A DNA stretch of 63,215 bases, filler included, from Octopus bimaculoides (Eukaryota), in assembly GCF_001194135.2 (NCBI RefSeq). It is 4 parts of 4 records of this genome, joined end to end, with 100 filler letters (N's around TTAATTAATTAA, not from the genome) between each part and the next. Parts side by side here need not be neighbours in the genome. Positions count along the whole stretch, not along the records: positions 1 to 28,393 come from NC_068987.1; 3 more parts are not named here. The stretch is one strand, 5' to 3'. The notes beneath the pieces are model-generated. The model made no database searches. It saw nothing but the letters and a program-made list of their open reading frames with translations, and was not told the DNA's origin. Positions 1 through 12,201 of the stretch are shown here, in pieces (the stretch's first letter is position 1; every line of letters begins with the position of its first letter). The position numbers and the translations under genes were made by a program.

Positions 1-146
1 AAATATATTATATTGTACCAAGAAACTCCTTATGAGCGAGAAACCCAGGGTAACCCCATAAACCGGCCTAAACTACTATAATTTAGAGAAACGAACCAAA
101 GCTTATGAACTCATCCATGAAAATCCAGTTACATATACAAAAAATT

Positions 147-178
<32 letters not shown>

Positions 179-179
179 A

Positions 180-383
180 TGGTTTCAAATTTTGGCACTA
201 AGCCAGTAATTTCGAGGGAGAGGTCAAGTCGATTACATCGCATCCAGTGTCCTTGAAAGGTACTTATTTTACCGACCTGTAAAGGATAAAAGGTAAAGTC
301 GAACTCGGCGGGTTATGAACTCTCAACGAAATGCTACTAAGCATTTTGCCCGGCGTGCTAACGAGCCTGTCAGTTCGCTGCCT
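180..383 (-). mobile_element. tRNA-derived SINE, family B (Meta/MESC-like central domain)
   Basis: Reverse complement reads ggcagcgaactgacaggctcgttagcacgccgggcaaaatgcttag...cgactttaccttttatccttt...taaaataagtacc...gatgtaatcgactt; same blocks recur at 9.0-9.9, 31.4, 33.2, 40.9, 60.1 and 62.5 kb. Domain name is from recall. Confidence 0.8.
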
Positions 384-398
384 TGTTGATGATGATGA

Positions 399-521
399 TT
401 GCTTCCCAACCAGATGGTTCCGGGTTCAGTCCAATTGCGTGGCAACTTGGGCAAGTGTCTTTTACTTATAGCCTCGGACCAACCAAAGCTTCGTGAGTGG
501 ATTTGCCAGACGGAAACTGAA
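399..521 (+). mobile_element. SINE family A (CORE-type, octopus OK/OR-like), 5' half
   Basis: ttgcttcccaaccagatggttccgggttcagtcc...ttgggcaagtgtctt...gtgagtggatttgccagacggaaactgaaa; matches more than 10 other copies in the window. Confidence 0.8.
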
Positions 522-2004
522 ACTATGTATATAGGTAATTAAGCTGAGTTGCATATAGTGAAACTTAGAAGTCATAGTCAATAATAACTTTGATTCTACT
601 TAAAATATTAAACATTTCTGTCGATAATGTTTCGTTGCTGTTTTTAAGTTAACACCCTCAAGAACACTTTCCTATTAAATCCAGTAACTCGGCAGTTGCT
701 GTAAGGTTTGTCACCCACGATTATTTCTACCGCAATACAGACAGTCATGTCTCAATTTTCGTTGGTAATTATTTCCACGACAATTAACAGGAAAAATGAC
801 ATAACACGAAAAAACCTTTTTGAAAATTCATTCGCTCATATCCGTTTTAATAAATTGGTTTATACATATTTTCACATGTATTTTATTTGATTTTCCATTT
901 CAATATTGGTTGTTAGGTGGGGTTTTTTTTTTAATTCTACGCTCATAGAAATAATTTCGCTGAGACAGACGTACAGTCGAATAAACTGTTTGAAGTTAAG
1001 GTTATTATTATTTTTTTTTTCGCATTATTTCTTTAAAGAAAAAACGACATAAAGTAAAAGAAAACTCGAAACGACGTAAGTTGGGGGTATGCCTGTACTT
1101 ATTTTTAAGCCTAGTACATAAAACACCGGCATGGACTTCTACTTACCTATTTTGTTACCAAATGGTGATAAAGAGAGAGCCGCGTGCGCACAAGCACACA
1201 TTTTTCCCTTCCAGTTTCACTCACAAGAAATTAGTCGGCCTGAGATCATACTGAAAAACACTCAAGGGGAACCGAAACCAAGTGAGACCTCATGGTTGCG
1301 AAGCGAACGTATTTTTAACTACACACACACATAAGTGTGAAAGAAAGGGGAAGGGGATGGGGAAGTGAAGGGAATGTGCAGGTGAGATAATAGAAACAAG
1401 AGTTGCTGAGGAGTATGTTGATAAAGAAAAACGAAGACAAAATAGAAAATAAAGAGAGGGACAGGAAGTGGGGTTTAATGAGGGGACAATGATGGACAAA
1501 AGAAGGAGGGGGTTAAAGAGGGGACAATGATGGAGAGAGGAAGAGACAGAAGTAGAAAGGAGGTGGAGTTAAAATGAAAAGAATTGGTGTGCTCAGATAA
1601 CAAACAATTCAACTAAAGGCTTCGGATTGAATAACAAACATCTAAGTCTTTAAAACTGATGTATTGTACCCAGCACAAGGTGTAACACCAGCGACACCAC
1701 TGTTGCCATCAATAGGTATCACTATCATCTACTAGAACAGCAGGTCCGTATATCATATGACTGACTGTTCGATTTCTGACGACCTAGGGCTACACAACAT
1801 CATCATCATCATCTGTCAGTCAGTCTGTCTGTCTATCTCATATCTACATTGATCTCTAGTCACATGCTGGGGGTTGTGGCGGTGGGGAAAGCAGTGTGGA
1901 TGAGGTGTACAGTCAAAAAAGGGGAGGAGATAACCTTCTTTTCAACAAACGGGTACTTTTGCAAACATTGTATTTGCTCTCGAACTAAACACTTACCCTA
2001 TTTA

Positions 2005-2250
2005 TAGATATATATATAACCACACACGTGCTTTCCATAAACCGTTTTCTTTCTCTCCGGACCTTTCCTCTCTCCTCTTTCTGACGAAGAGCCATACTCG
2101 AAACGTTATACACCCACCATTTTTTCTATCTGATATTGAGCGTTGTGTCAACCTAATGCTGTCCATGTGTACGTTCTTTTGACTTTTGTTATTTTTGTTG
2201 TAGAGAATTAGTAATAATGGTACACCCCTCCCATGTGACGAATGGAATAA
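2005..2250 (+). mobile_element. ORF-less Penelope-LTR-like unit with hammerhead motif (copy 1)
   Basis: Starts in a short (TA)n; contains ctgacga-a-gag-ccata-ctc-gaaa-cgt-t at 2081-2107; related to units at 11.1, 25.9 and 51.2 kb. Confidence 0.6.
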
Positions 2251-5200
2251 CCTAGGCACTATAGGTAAAGAGAAGTACCAGAGTGGGTAATAAAGAGATA
2301 GTTGTGTCTTTACTAAGTATATTATCTACCGAAGTGGGCGTTATAGTCCAACATTTTAAGGGTTATAACAGTGGCGGCGAGGATTTAAACAATTCACGAG
2401 GAATTAATAAACTCGACGAGGATTTTAACAACCCACAAGGAGTTAACAAACTCACAAAAGATTTTGTTGTACGAATTTTACGAAACAAAATCTTAAAATT
2501 ATGGAAAATTTGTTGGCCAATTTGTTGGAGTTGCAACTGAAAAAATCAACAACAGCAGAGCAACCAACAGAAGCAACAACAACAATTGCTGCAATTACTG
2601 GAAAGTCAGAAAAAGTGTTCTCGCCAGGATATGTCGCGAATGCCATAACAGAGTTCAAATACGAACCAGAAGAAAGAATTACTTTCGAAGATATGAGCAA
2701 ATCTTTGAGAAAGAATGTAAAGATTGGGACGACGAAATGTAAACGCGCTTAATTTTGAGAAAACTAGCGGCAACAGAACATGAATGATACAGTAATTATG
2801 TACTCCCAAGAAAACCTTGGGACATAAACTTTAATGACAGAATAGATATATTGTGTAAATTTTCAGTGAAAAAAGCTCATTGTTCAACACACGTTGGAAG
2901 TGTCTGAAAAAACAGTGACGAGGACTACATCACATATGCTGGTAGAGTAAACAGAAAATGCGAGAAGTTTAAGCTGGACGAATTAACGCCAGATATGTTC
3001 AAAGGCCTGATTTTTAAACAAGGACTAACTGCCGAAAAGGACGCGGAAGTTAGAAATAGAATTCTCGCAAAGCTGGAACAAAACCCAAGAGGTAACCCTA
3101 CCGCAAATATCAGACGAATGTAAAAGGATAGTCAAATTAAGAAACGACATAGAGGAAATCGAATGGAAAGATTGTTTCCAAGTAAAACCAGTACGAATTA
3201 GTCAGAATCAAGATAAAGTGTTTTCTAAAAAACACGACAAAAACCAGAAAATAAACCCATGTTTTGCATGTAGAGGTATACACCCGAGGAAAAAATTACC
3301 CATTTAAGAAAACGGAGTGCTTTCGTTGCGGAAATATAGGACAAATAAAGACGCATTGTAGAACAATGACAAAACGTTAGAACAAAGGAAAAAGAATAAA
3401 TAGTATGCCATCGGAAGAAATTGGTAATATAACGACGAGGAAATTCGTGAATGTGAAAATCAAAAATACAAGTGTTAAAATGCAATTGGACACTGGTAGT
3501 AATACCATCATTATAAACGAAAAACGTGGAAATACATCGGCAAGCCGAAACTGATTAAACCGAAAAAGTAGCAAATGGTGTTACGGGAAGAAGATTATAT
3601 TTTTTCTGTAAATTCGTATGTAATATAACATTTCGAGATCAAACAAAAAAGGCAAAGATATGTGTATTAAAAGATTCGGATCTTTTTTTAAAACGGCGGA
3701 TCTTTTTTAAAACGGGGGCCACATTTTTCATTAATGTTTTACGTAGTGTTTTTGGTACCGAAAGACTTTCAAACTTCGTATACTTATCTATTTTGTGTTA
3801 TAGAACAGAAAAATATTTTTGTATTCGAATTTATTTCATGTAAAAAAAATTGTCTTATTTCGATAATTTCAGCCAATCACTGACAAGTATTCAGTTGTTT
3901 ACATTTACTCCTTTGGCTGATTAAGCCATAGCTTCGTTTTATTTGCTTTTTTCATTTTCTTTTTTTCTTCTTCGTNNNNNNNNNNNNNNNNNNNNNNNNN
4001 NNNNNNNNNNNNNNNNNNNNNNNNNNNNNNNNNNNNNNNNNNNNNNNNNNNNNNNNNNNNNNNNNNNNNNNNNNNNNNNNNNNNNNNNNNNNNNNNNNNN
4101 NNNNNNNNNNNNNNNNNNNNNNNNNNNNNNNNNNNNNNNNNNNNNNNNNNNNNNNNNNNNNNNNNNNNNNNNNNNNNNNNNNNNNNNNNNNNNNNNNNNN
4201 NNNNNNNNNNNNNNNNNNNNNNNNNNNNNNNNNNNNNNNNNNNNNNNNNNNNNNNNNNNNNNNNNNNNNNNNNNNNNNNNNNNNNNNNNNNNNNNNNNNN
4301 NNNNNNNNNNNNNNNNNNNNNNNNNNNNNNNNNNNNNNNNNNNNNNNNNNNNNNNNNNNNNNNNNNNNNNNNNNNNNNNNNNNNNNNNNNNNNNNNNNNN
4401 NNNNNNNNNNNNNNNNNNNNNNNNNNNNNNNNNNNNNNNNNNNNNNNNNNNNNNNNNNNNNNNNNNNNNNNNNNNNNNNNNNNNNNNNNNNNNNNNNNNN
4501 NNNNNNNNNNNNNNNNNNNNNNNNNNNNNNNNNNNNNNNNNNNNNNNNNNNNNNNNNNNNNNNNNNNNNNNNNNNNNNNNNNNNNNNNNNNNNNNNNNNN
4601 NNNNNNNNNAAGTGTGAAAAAAACCAACCTCCTCAACTGTGATAAGATAGTATCTGACAATGGAACGCAATTTGTGTCAAGCGAATTTTAAAAGTTTTGT
4701 GAAACGTTCGCGGTAGAACATGGAACTACGAAGCCATACCATCCCAGATCTAGTGGTCGAGCAGATACTTTCGAAAGAGCCCTTAGAAAATCGAATAAGG
4801 AAGTCACGGATGAGGTGGCTCTACAACAATTTTTAAGAGTGTACCGCGTATCACCAAATCCGAATACATCAGAAGGTAGATCATCAGCGGAGCCGATATT
4901 TGCAAGAAAATTAAAATCAGTCTTTGATAAATTGCTACCTGGCAAGAAAAGAAAAAGTGCCAGGGAAGACATAACAACATTCTTTAAAGTTGGTGAAAAG
5001 GTATACATGAGGGCATACAAGAATGGAAAGCAAAGTTGGAAAGATGACGTAATTACCAAATGCAAAGGTAAAATGATGTATTGGGTAAAAAAAAAGTAGA
5101 AAAAGTATACAAAAGAGACACAGAAACCAACTGAAAAAAACGATTCACGGAAAGTGAACCAAAGGAGTCGGAGTAACCGATGGAATGGTTGTACGTTACG

Positions 5201-5341
5201 TTCCAAGTAGCAACGCCACTACAGGTGATTGAACCCAGGCGAACAAGTGAGAGGAAAAAAAAACAGAGTTCCTGAAAACAGATGCCAAGCACAAAAAATA
5301 TTAAATTGTACGAAAAACAAAAATCAATAAAGGGAGGTGGC
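2250..5341 (+). mobile_element. Decayed Ty3/Gypsy LTR retrotransposon (5' LTR remnant, PBS, gag, protease, integrase, PPT)
   Basis: LTR end ...ataaca (2370) then PBS-like gtggcggcgagg; gag-like ORF 2501-2752; Cys/His knuckle remnant ECFRCGNIGQIKTHC (~3315-3360); protease motif QLDTGS (~3483-3500); integrase IVSDNGTQF...YHPRSSG (4647-4760) and ORF 4815-5099; PPT aaagggaggtg (~5329-5339). Many stops and frameshifts; RT/RNaseH not visible (gap 3976-4609); no 3' LTR. Confidence 0.9.
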
Positions 5342-6289
5342 ATGAATAAAAAAGGACGTTAAATGATGATAATTATGTGTGTGTGCGTGTGTGTGTAAAA
5401 CATTACATTTAAAGTTTTTGTCGGGAGGAAGATGTTGTCCACAAAGCTTACGAAAGGTTGTTCTCCATTGAAACTAATGGGATTGATATTCGCTTTGAAC
5501 CGTAATTTCTGTTTGCATAGGTAAAGGGGAATTCCCTGGAACTCTACGATTAGTATCTTTGCCCGCTCACAACTAAACAGGTACCTAAAGCAATTAGTGA
5601 AACACGGTACATGCTAGCAAGTCATACTTGCTTGCGAGTGACAGGTATGGTTTGTGTGTGTGTGTTTGTCTGTATGTGTATTGCGCATTGAATGCTTCAG
5701 ATTTAACATCCAATTTAGGAATAATAACGAAATTTATAAATAACCAGCACTCAATTCCTGATTATCAGGTTATCCTTCGACTAAACCACCATCAACACAA
5801 CCTCAGTCAAACAACGGTCATAGCAAGTGCGCCTTGGTCTCAGTTCTGCTTGATTGTAGTTCACCTGCAACTAAAACAACAACAATAGCTAGCCTCATTC
5901 AGCCAAATACGCAGCAAGTTCTCAGATCTTCTGTGGTTAAAATTGCAGCAGTTTGTTAGCGGGTTCGAGCCCAATGTGCAGCTTCATCGGCAAGTGTCTT
6001 GTGTCCTTTAGTTATCTCAAACTGCTTAGTCGGAAACTATGTGGAAGCCTGTCAGATGGATTCTGCCTGTTCGTGGACAGCAGACCTAAATTTAAATATG
6101 TTTAGCAGATTCTAATTTTCGGTTCAGGCCTCCTCTCTAAGAATAACTCAATGGTTTGATACGCAACTTATTGTAGTAACTTTTGAATCATCACTTTCCC
6201 CCATTTTTCTTCCCTGCCAGTCTCAGACGCCCAGAAAAAAAATCAGGATCACAGTTTTTCATCATTTGATTAAGCTATAAAAAAAAAAG

Positions 6290-6490
6290 CAGTCAAACAA
6301 ACTAGGTAACCCCCTAAAGAAACAGTCAGGTGACCCCTGAACGAACTGCGCGACGCCTAAAGAAGCCAAACGGTGAGCCCCTAAACAAATAACCTATTAA
6401 TCCCTAAACAAACAGCCAAGTAATCCCAACCAAGTAAACCCTAAATAAGCCAACCGGGTCTCGACACCAACCAACCAGCCAAGTTGCATC
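6290..6490. repeat. Degenerate ~20-24 bp minisatellite
   Basis: Recurring unit approx. aaacarccaggtracccct (aaactaggtaaccccct, aaacagtcaggtgacccct, aaacggtgagcccct, aaacagccaagtaatccc). Confidence 0.55.
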
Positions 6491-8424
6491 AGTCCGCCAT
6501 CCTAACAATCAACCTTCAGTGAAACCGTCATACTATCAGCTGTAAACAATGTTATATCTGGTTTATGTCAGTATCCCACTGCGATAACTATGAAATATAA
6601 GCCATAATGATGAATGATTGGTTTGATAGAACTATCAAAAATATTAACACGATAATATTAAAACTAATACAATGAGAGATATTTTTATATAAGCAAGTAG
6701 TTCGCGAAGAAAATGGGCTACACCATTCGCTTTCGTTTGCACACACACACACACACACTGTAATACAAATAAGTTCGCTAATAACGAAATGTAACAGGGA
6801 TTAGCATCTTCACGTTCGAATCTGCTATACCATATTATGAATGAATATTGATATAATTGATTTGATACTCGCTGCTTTTTGTGAACGTAAGGATTTATTT
6901 TCGGTTTGGCAGACATCTACAAATAATTGTGTTTTTTTGTTTTTCCTGATTCCTATAAACAAGAGCCAAAATTCTTGTTAAGTTCATTGGTCCAAGATAG
7001 CTTCGACTGAAGAAACACACAACAAGGTCGAAATATTGGTGTCCCAAAGTTTAGTTTGTCACTGAATCGGGAGTTTATGAACACACGTCATCTGAAAGGA
7101 GAAGTAATTGTCTTACGCATTTTGCCCCAGCTAAATTTGTCTTTTATATGCTTAAGGAGAATGTATTTTATATGCTCAAAGAGTATTTTCTGAAGTAGCA
7201 TTCAGATTATGATATATTTGATGTATTTAGAGAAGGTCATTTGCTTAGCTGATATAGTTTTCATAAGGTAGTGAACATTTATGAAAAAGATCTTTTGTTT
7301 TTCAAGGTAAAAAATTCAGTAAATATTACCCATCGTGTCCGCCTCCAGCCCTTTACATTTCATTAAACAGCTTTTATTACTGCCAAAGATGCTTTATTTA
7401 AATACGGTGTTACTACAGTTTCGTACGGCACACAACAGATTTCACATTGAGAACGTGACATTTTTTATCTAAACTAATTTAGTCATAACAATGGTTTCCA
7501 AATTGGGATAAATTTATCTCAAACTGGTTAAATTTCGACAACACTAGCAGTAAATTTACTGACTGTAAAATTGTACATGTTAAAATATATATATATACCG
7601 TGTAGAGTTGAGAAGAAAATTTGAAGTGATAAAAACAAAAAGAATCCCATTTTTCTGATTTTTTTTATCGCATTGGATTAAACGATCTGTATTTTGAACT
7701 TCTTAACTACTTATAAATCAGCCAAACGAATACAGCTTATTAAGTACCATGCTTTCGCTAATTATTTTCAGTGTCTATGCTGTCACGATCACCCTATCGA
7801 CTCCTCCACTCTTGCAATGGCACATCCAGGAAGAGACAGCTGGAAGAAGATGAGGAGGAGAGAGAGGGAGAAAGAGAGAGATGGATGCATCAGTACCCAG
7901 CTAGTACTCATTAACGGCTGGCTAAAGTGGAACAATGTGAAGGATTCTGTCAAGTTCTGGACCAGTTCACTCGATACCTTCAATTTAGGATCACGGCCTG
8001 AATATATTATCATAAGAGGCATCAACACCTACATGAACATGGTTCAACCAATCAGATCATCTAGCGTGTTACTAAATAAGCAGTAGACTTGAAAGTAAGT
8101 TTTGTGAAATTTTCCGCTAAATTGTTTAGTTCAAGGTTCTAGAAGCTTGACTAAATGTTATAAAAAGGTAGGATATTAAACTCCCACTTACAACATCGGG
8201 TGCTACAAAGAGCTCTGTTTTGTGATAACGTGTTCTCACTTATTCTGTCTTTAATAACCATGAGTGATTTGCTTATAAATGACTTGTAACTTTTACATTC
8301 GCTACCTACTGCTTTATTCAAATAATTATTGCACATTGGAAAATATTAGTATGATCATTTCCGTTTTCACATACAGCCTACCTAATATTGTGTACTACCA
8401 ACGACGAATTAATGACTTAAACCC

Positions 8425-8530
8425 CCACTTTAAAAAGTGCTGTATCCAAGGGCATAACACGCTACCCAGTTCAAGAACTGAAACCACATTATGATCGAGA
8501 ACCGACTACCCTACCCACAGGGCCACAATC
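8425..8530 (-). mobile_element. Decayed CORE-type SINE head (family D-like)
   Basis: Minus strand gtggccctgtgggtagggtagtcggttctcgatcataatgtggtttcagttc...gtgttatgcccttggatacagcacttt: tRNA-like A/B boxes then CORE-like block. Confidence 0.5.
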
Positions 8531-9039
8531 TCCTTCACGGTGTTGCTAATAGAATAGTTTCATCAAGATTTTGTTTTTCATATCTGTTCATCCAATGCAC
8601 AAATAAGTGAGATTACTTTGTAATGTTGCTATTTCAATTATTTGAACTTAAAAATAATAATGTTTAAGAAGATAGTTATTTATAATTTCCTGTTTGACAG
8701 TAGTTTTATTAATGGTTCTAATGTAAACTCTAATTACTGAACACAACGGAGTGGGAGTATATTTACTTTCATAAAGTTGTCAGGGGCTAAACTGAATGCA
8801 CAAAAGGTTAGCAACCCCTGACTAATTAATACATTCGGTTTGTCTTGTCAAAGTTAACACGTCAGTTTTCGCAACAGCTGTACATTCATTTGTTTTCTTT
8901 CAAGGAAATTTTCCGAGCACTTGGTGGAAATTTCCATTTGTGGTTGTTTCTTACTCGAAAAAATATTTCGAACATACACAATTTTTAGTTATTTTTATAA
9001 ATAATACTCCTTATAATATGATGTAATCTTTGTGTGTAA

Positions 9040-9940
9040 GTGCCGCTGCGATTGACTTGGCCTTTCATCCTATCGGAATCGATAAAATAAGTACCAGTCA
9101 AGCATTGGGTTGAATGTAATCGACTTTACCCTCTCCCTAAAATTACTCTCCTTATGTCAAAGTTTGAAACTATTATTATTAAGGCAGTGACCTGGTAGAA
9201 TCGTCAACACGCCGGGCAAAATACTTATCGACATTTCGCCCGTCTTTACGTTAAAAGTTCAAATTCCGCTGAGATCGACTTTGTCTTTCATCCCTGTGGA
9301 GTCAATGAAATAAGTATAAGCTGTGCGCTCAGGTTAATGTAATCGTCTATTCCACTCTCCAGAGTCGAGAGGATTATTAAAAGGCAAGCCTGCTGAGTCG
9401 TTAGCGCATTGAACAAAATGCTTAGCGGCATTTCCTTTCGATTACTCTTTTACTTGTTTCAGTCTTTTGATTGTGGCCATGCTGGAGCACCACCTTTAGT
9501 CGAGCAAATCGACTCCAGGACTTATTCTTTAGAAGCCTAGTACTTATTTTATCGGTCTCTTTGTGCCGAACCGCTAAGTTACGGGGACATAAACACACTA
9601 GCATCGGTTGTCAAGCGATGTTGGGGGGGACAAACACAAACACACAAACACATACACACATACATATATATATATACATATATACGACGGGCTTCTTTCA
9701 GTTTCCGTCTACCAAATCCACTCACAAGGCTTTGGTCGGCCCCAGGCTATAGTAGAAGACACTTGGCCAAGATGCCACGCAGTGGGACTGAACCCGGAAC
9801 CATGTGGTTGGTAAGCAAGACTTTGCCTTTCATACTTTAGGAATCGATAAAATAAGTGCAAGTTGAGCGTCGTGGAGTGGGGGTCATTGTAATCGACTTA
9901 CTCCTTAGCTAAAATTGCTGGTCTTGTGTCGAAATTATAT
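9040..9940 (+). mobile_element. Three head-to-tail family B SINE copies (third split by a family A insertion)
   Basis: Copies at ~9040-9175, 9182-9360, and 9383-9436 plus 9820-9940; each has gacttgnctttcatc...gataaaataagt...tgtaatcg. Confidence 0.8.
9443..9819 (-). mobile_element. SINE family A, near full length, CpGs retained
   Basis: tactcttttacttgtttcagtc...gccatgctggagcacc...gacgggcttctttcagtttccgtc...agtgggactgaacccggaaccatgtggttgg, with internal (CA)/(TA) microsatellite. Confidence 0.9.
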
Positions 9941-10733
9941 ATTTAAATTGTTTCAGCTTTAAAGCTGCGGTCATGCTGGGGCACCACCGTTTAGAATTAT
10001 GATCATTATTAGATTCGCAAATAAACGACGGCAAGATTATGATACTACAGAAGAAAACGAAACGTCTCAAATTGGGTGAGCATCGCTCGTCCAACACACA
10101 CGTGCCATCAATGCAAAGGAATGTTGGTGAGTTTATATTTATGTATAGCCTATGTATTTATTTATTAATAGCTACCAAAATTATGTCAGTTCATTTTAAA
10201 TTTGAAATGAAGAGTAAACAAACTGTTTTGCTTAACATTTAAAAACAACAATAAACAAGAACAATGTTAAGATTTATTGTAAACAGACAACGAAAAATTA
10301 TCTACACTGAATTTAAAAGTGCACAAGAGCAGCTGCTTGAGAGGAAAAGGCAGCCAGAAATGAAGTGAGTTGAATGAGGTCACCCATCTCTCTTTTTCTC
10401 TTTGTTATTCTCTCTCTCTCTCTTATTATCTCTCTCCCTCTCACTCTCTCTCACTCATTCACTCACAGACACTCCCACACAGTTTGACCTAAATAAATCA
10501 AGTAGCAACAAGAACACGTAACTTAAAGGTTTCCTTTTTCTTTTCACTACCATAATAACCCAACACTTAAGAGTCCAGTTTTGACCAAAGGTAAGACGAG
10601 TACAAGTTCACAATGCACACACAAACATACATACATACAAACATACACACGCAAGCACTCACTCACACACACACATGCACTCTTAAACTTATTGACAAAG
10701 ATATTTATGTACGTACATATGTTCCTCTCTCTC

Positions 10734-10778
<45 letters not shown>

Positions 10779-11104
10779 CATATATGCCTGCCTTGTGTCC
10801 AGTACGTGTCCCTCTGCCTCACTCACATATGTGGACATGCATACGTCATTATACACTTACACGTATTCAGTTTGGTCACATAAACAAGTTCGTAGTAACA
10901 TCGCTAATTGCCCCTCATCCTCCATGACACAATTTCTAGATGATGCAAGGAATGTGGAGGCGTTCGTGAAAGAAATACAAGCGCGGTAGTATTTGCTCAA
11001 TGTCTGTATAGTACGCATGCCATGCGTAAATGATACATACATACATATATTTATGCACACACACAAACACTCGCTATACATATATATATATATATATATA
11101 AATC

Positions 11105-11285
11105 CAAAAAGAACTTACACAAAGAAACAACAACGCGAGGACGTGGTACATGTAATGTATTCGTAGACGCTCAGGAAAGGAAAGAAAGATGGTTTAACGT
11201 TTCGAGCCGACGCTCTTCTTAGGAAACAGAGGAAAGTCCAATAAAAGGGAAGACAGAGGAAGAAAATTGCCAACGATTCCATATA
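11105..11285 (-). mobile_element. ORF-less Penelope-LTR-like unit with hammerhead motif (copy 2)
   Basis: Flanked by (TA)n; minus strand tttcctaagaa-gagc-gtcg-gctc-gaaa-cgt-t-aaa (11193-11226); clearly homologous to 51240-51415. Confidence 0.65.
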
Positions 11286-11423
11286 TATANNNNNNNNNNN
11301 NNNNNNNNNNNNNNNNNNNNNNNNNNNNNNNNNNNNNNNNNNNNNNNNNNNNNNNNNNNNNNNNNNNNNNNNNNNNNNNNNNNNNNNNNNATATTTATGC
11401 ACACACACAAACACTCGCTATAC

Positions 11424-11458
<35 letters not shown>

Positions 11459-11689
11459 CTAGCTGGTGTACCCAGTAATTCCCAGGTGTAAAGATGTTCT
11501 AATGAAACGCCTTATTACTTTGATATAAGAAAGCAATTTTGTTATAACTGCTACAAAAGGTGTATTTTCCGTCACGAAACAGTAGAAAAAACTGTCAGCT
11601 GGAGGAGGGAGAGATTGTTGGAGGTTGGTGAGAGAGGTTGGCGAGAAAGTACTCGCAAGCTTGGAGTCTGTACCAGACTCCAGTCTGTT

Positions 11690-12130
11690 CTGTCAAGGTT
11701 TCTACAGCTTGATGCCCTTCCTAATGCCAACCACTCCGAGAGCATACTGGGTGCTTTATACATGCCAACAGCACGGGGGCCAGTCAGGCAGCACTGGCAT
11801 CAACCACACTCGAATGGTGCTTTTTATGTGCCACCAGCACAGGAGCTAGTCAGGTGGTACTGGACTGACCACACTCGAATGGTGCTTTTTACATGCCAGT
11901 AGTATGGGAACCAGTGAGGCAACACTGGCATTGACCACGCTCGAATGGTGTTACTTACATGCCACCAGCACTGGCATCAGCCATGCTTGAATGGTACTTT
12001 TTATGTGCCAGTCAGGCAGCACTGGCATCGGCCACAACAATGATTTCACTTGACTCAATGGGTCTTCTCAAGCACAACATATTGCCTGATGATTGAAGAG
12101 TACTTTTAAACAACTTGGTTATGAGACTGG
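11690..12130 (-). mobile_element. RTE-type LINE 3' region with internal ~64-bp tandem repeats
   Basis: tttctacagcttgatgcccttcctaatgccaacc is shared with 28165-28393 and with the tail of the 19.4-21.9 kb RTE; 4-5 units of cagtcaggcagcactggcat..ccacactcgaatggtgctttt. Confidence 0.65.
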
Positions 12131-12201
12131 CATTGGCCATGGCTTTGATCTCACTTGGCTTGCTGAGTCTTCTCATATGTGTGTGTTTGTTTGTGTGTGT
12201 T

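Noticed and set aside
5763-5957. 65-codon S/T/P/Q-rich frame (GYPSTKPPSTQPQSNNGH...) after a possible acceptor at 5768
   Set aside because: No good donor, the frame runs into a decayed SINE at ~5925, and an overlapping frame is equally open (C/A-rich bias)
7694-8086. 130-aa ORF as a stand-alone gene
   Set aside because: Starts at TTG in AT-rich sequence, includes a GA microsatellite and has no recognisable domain; kept only as an exon candidate
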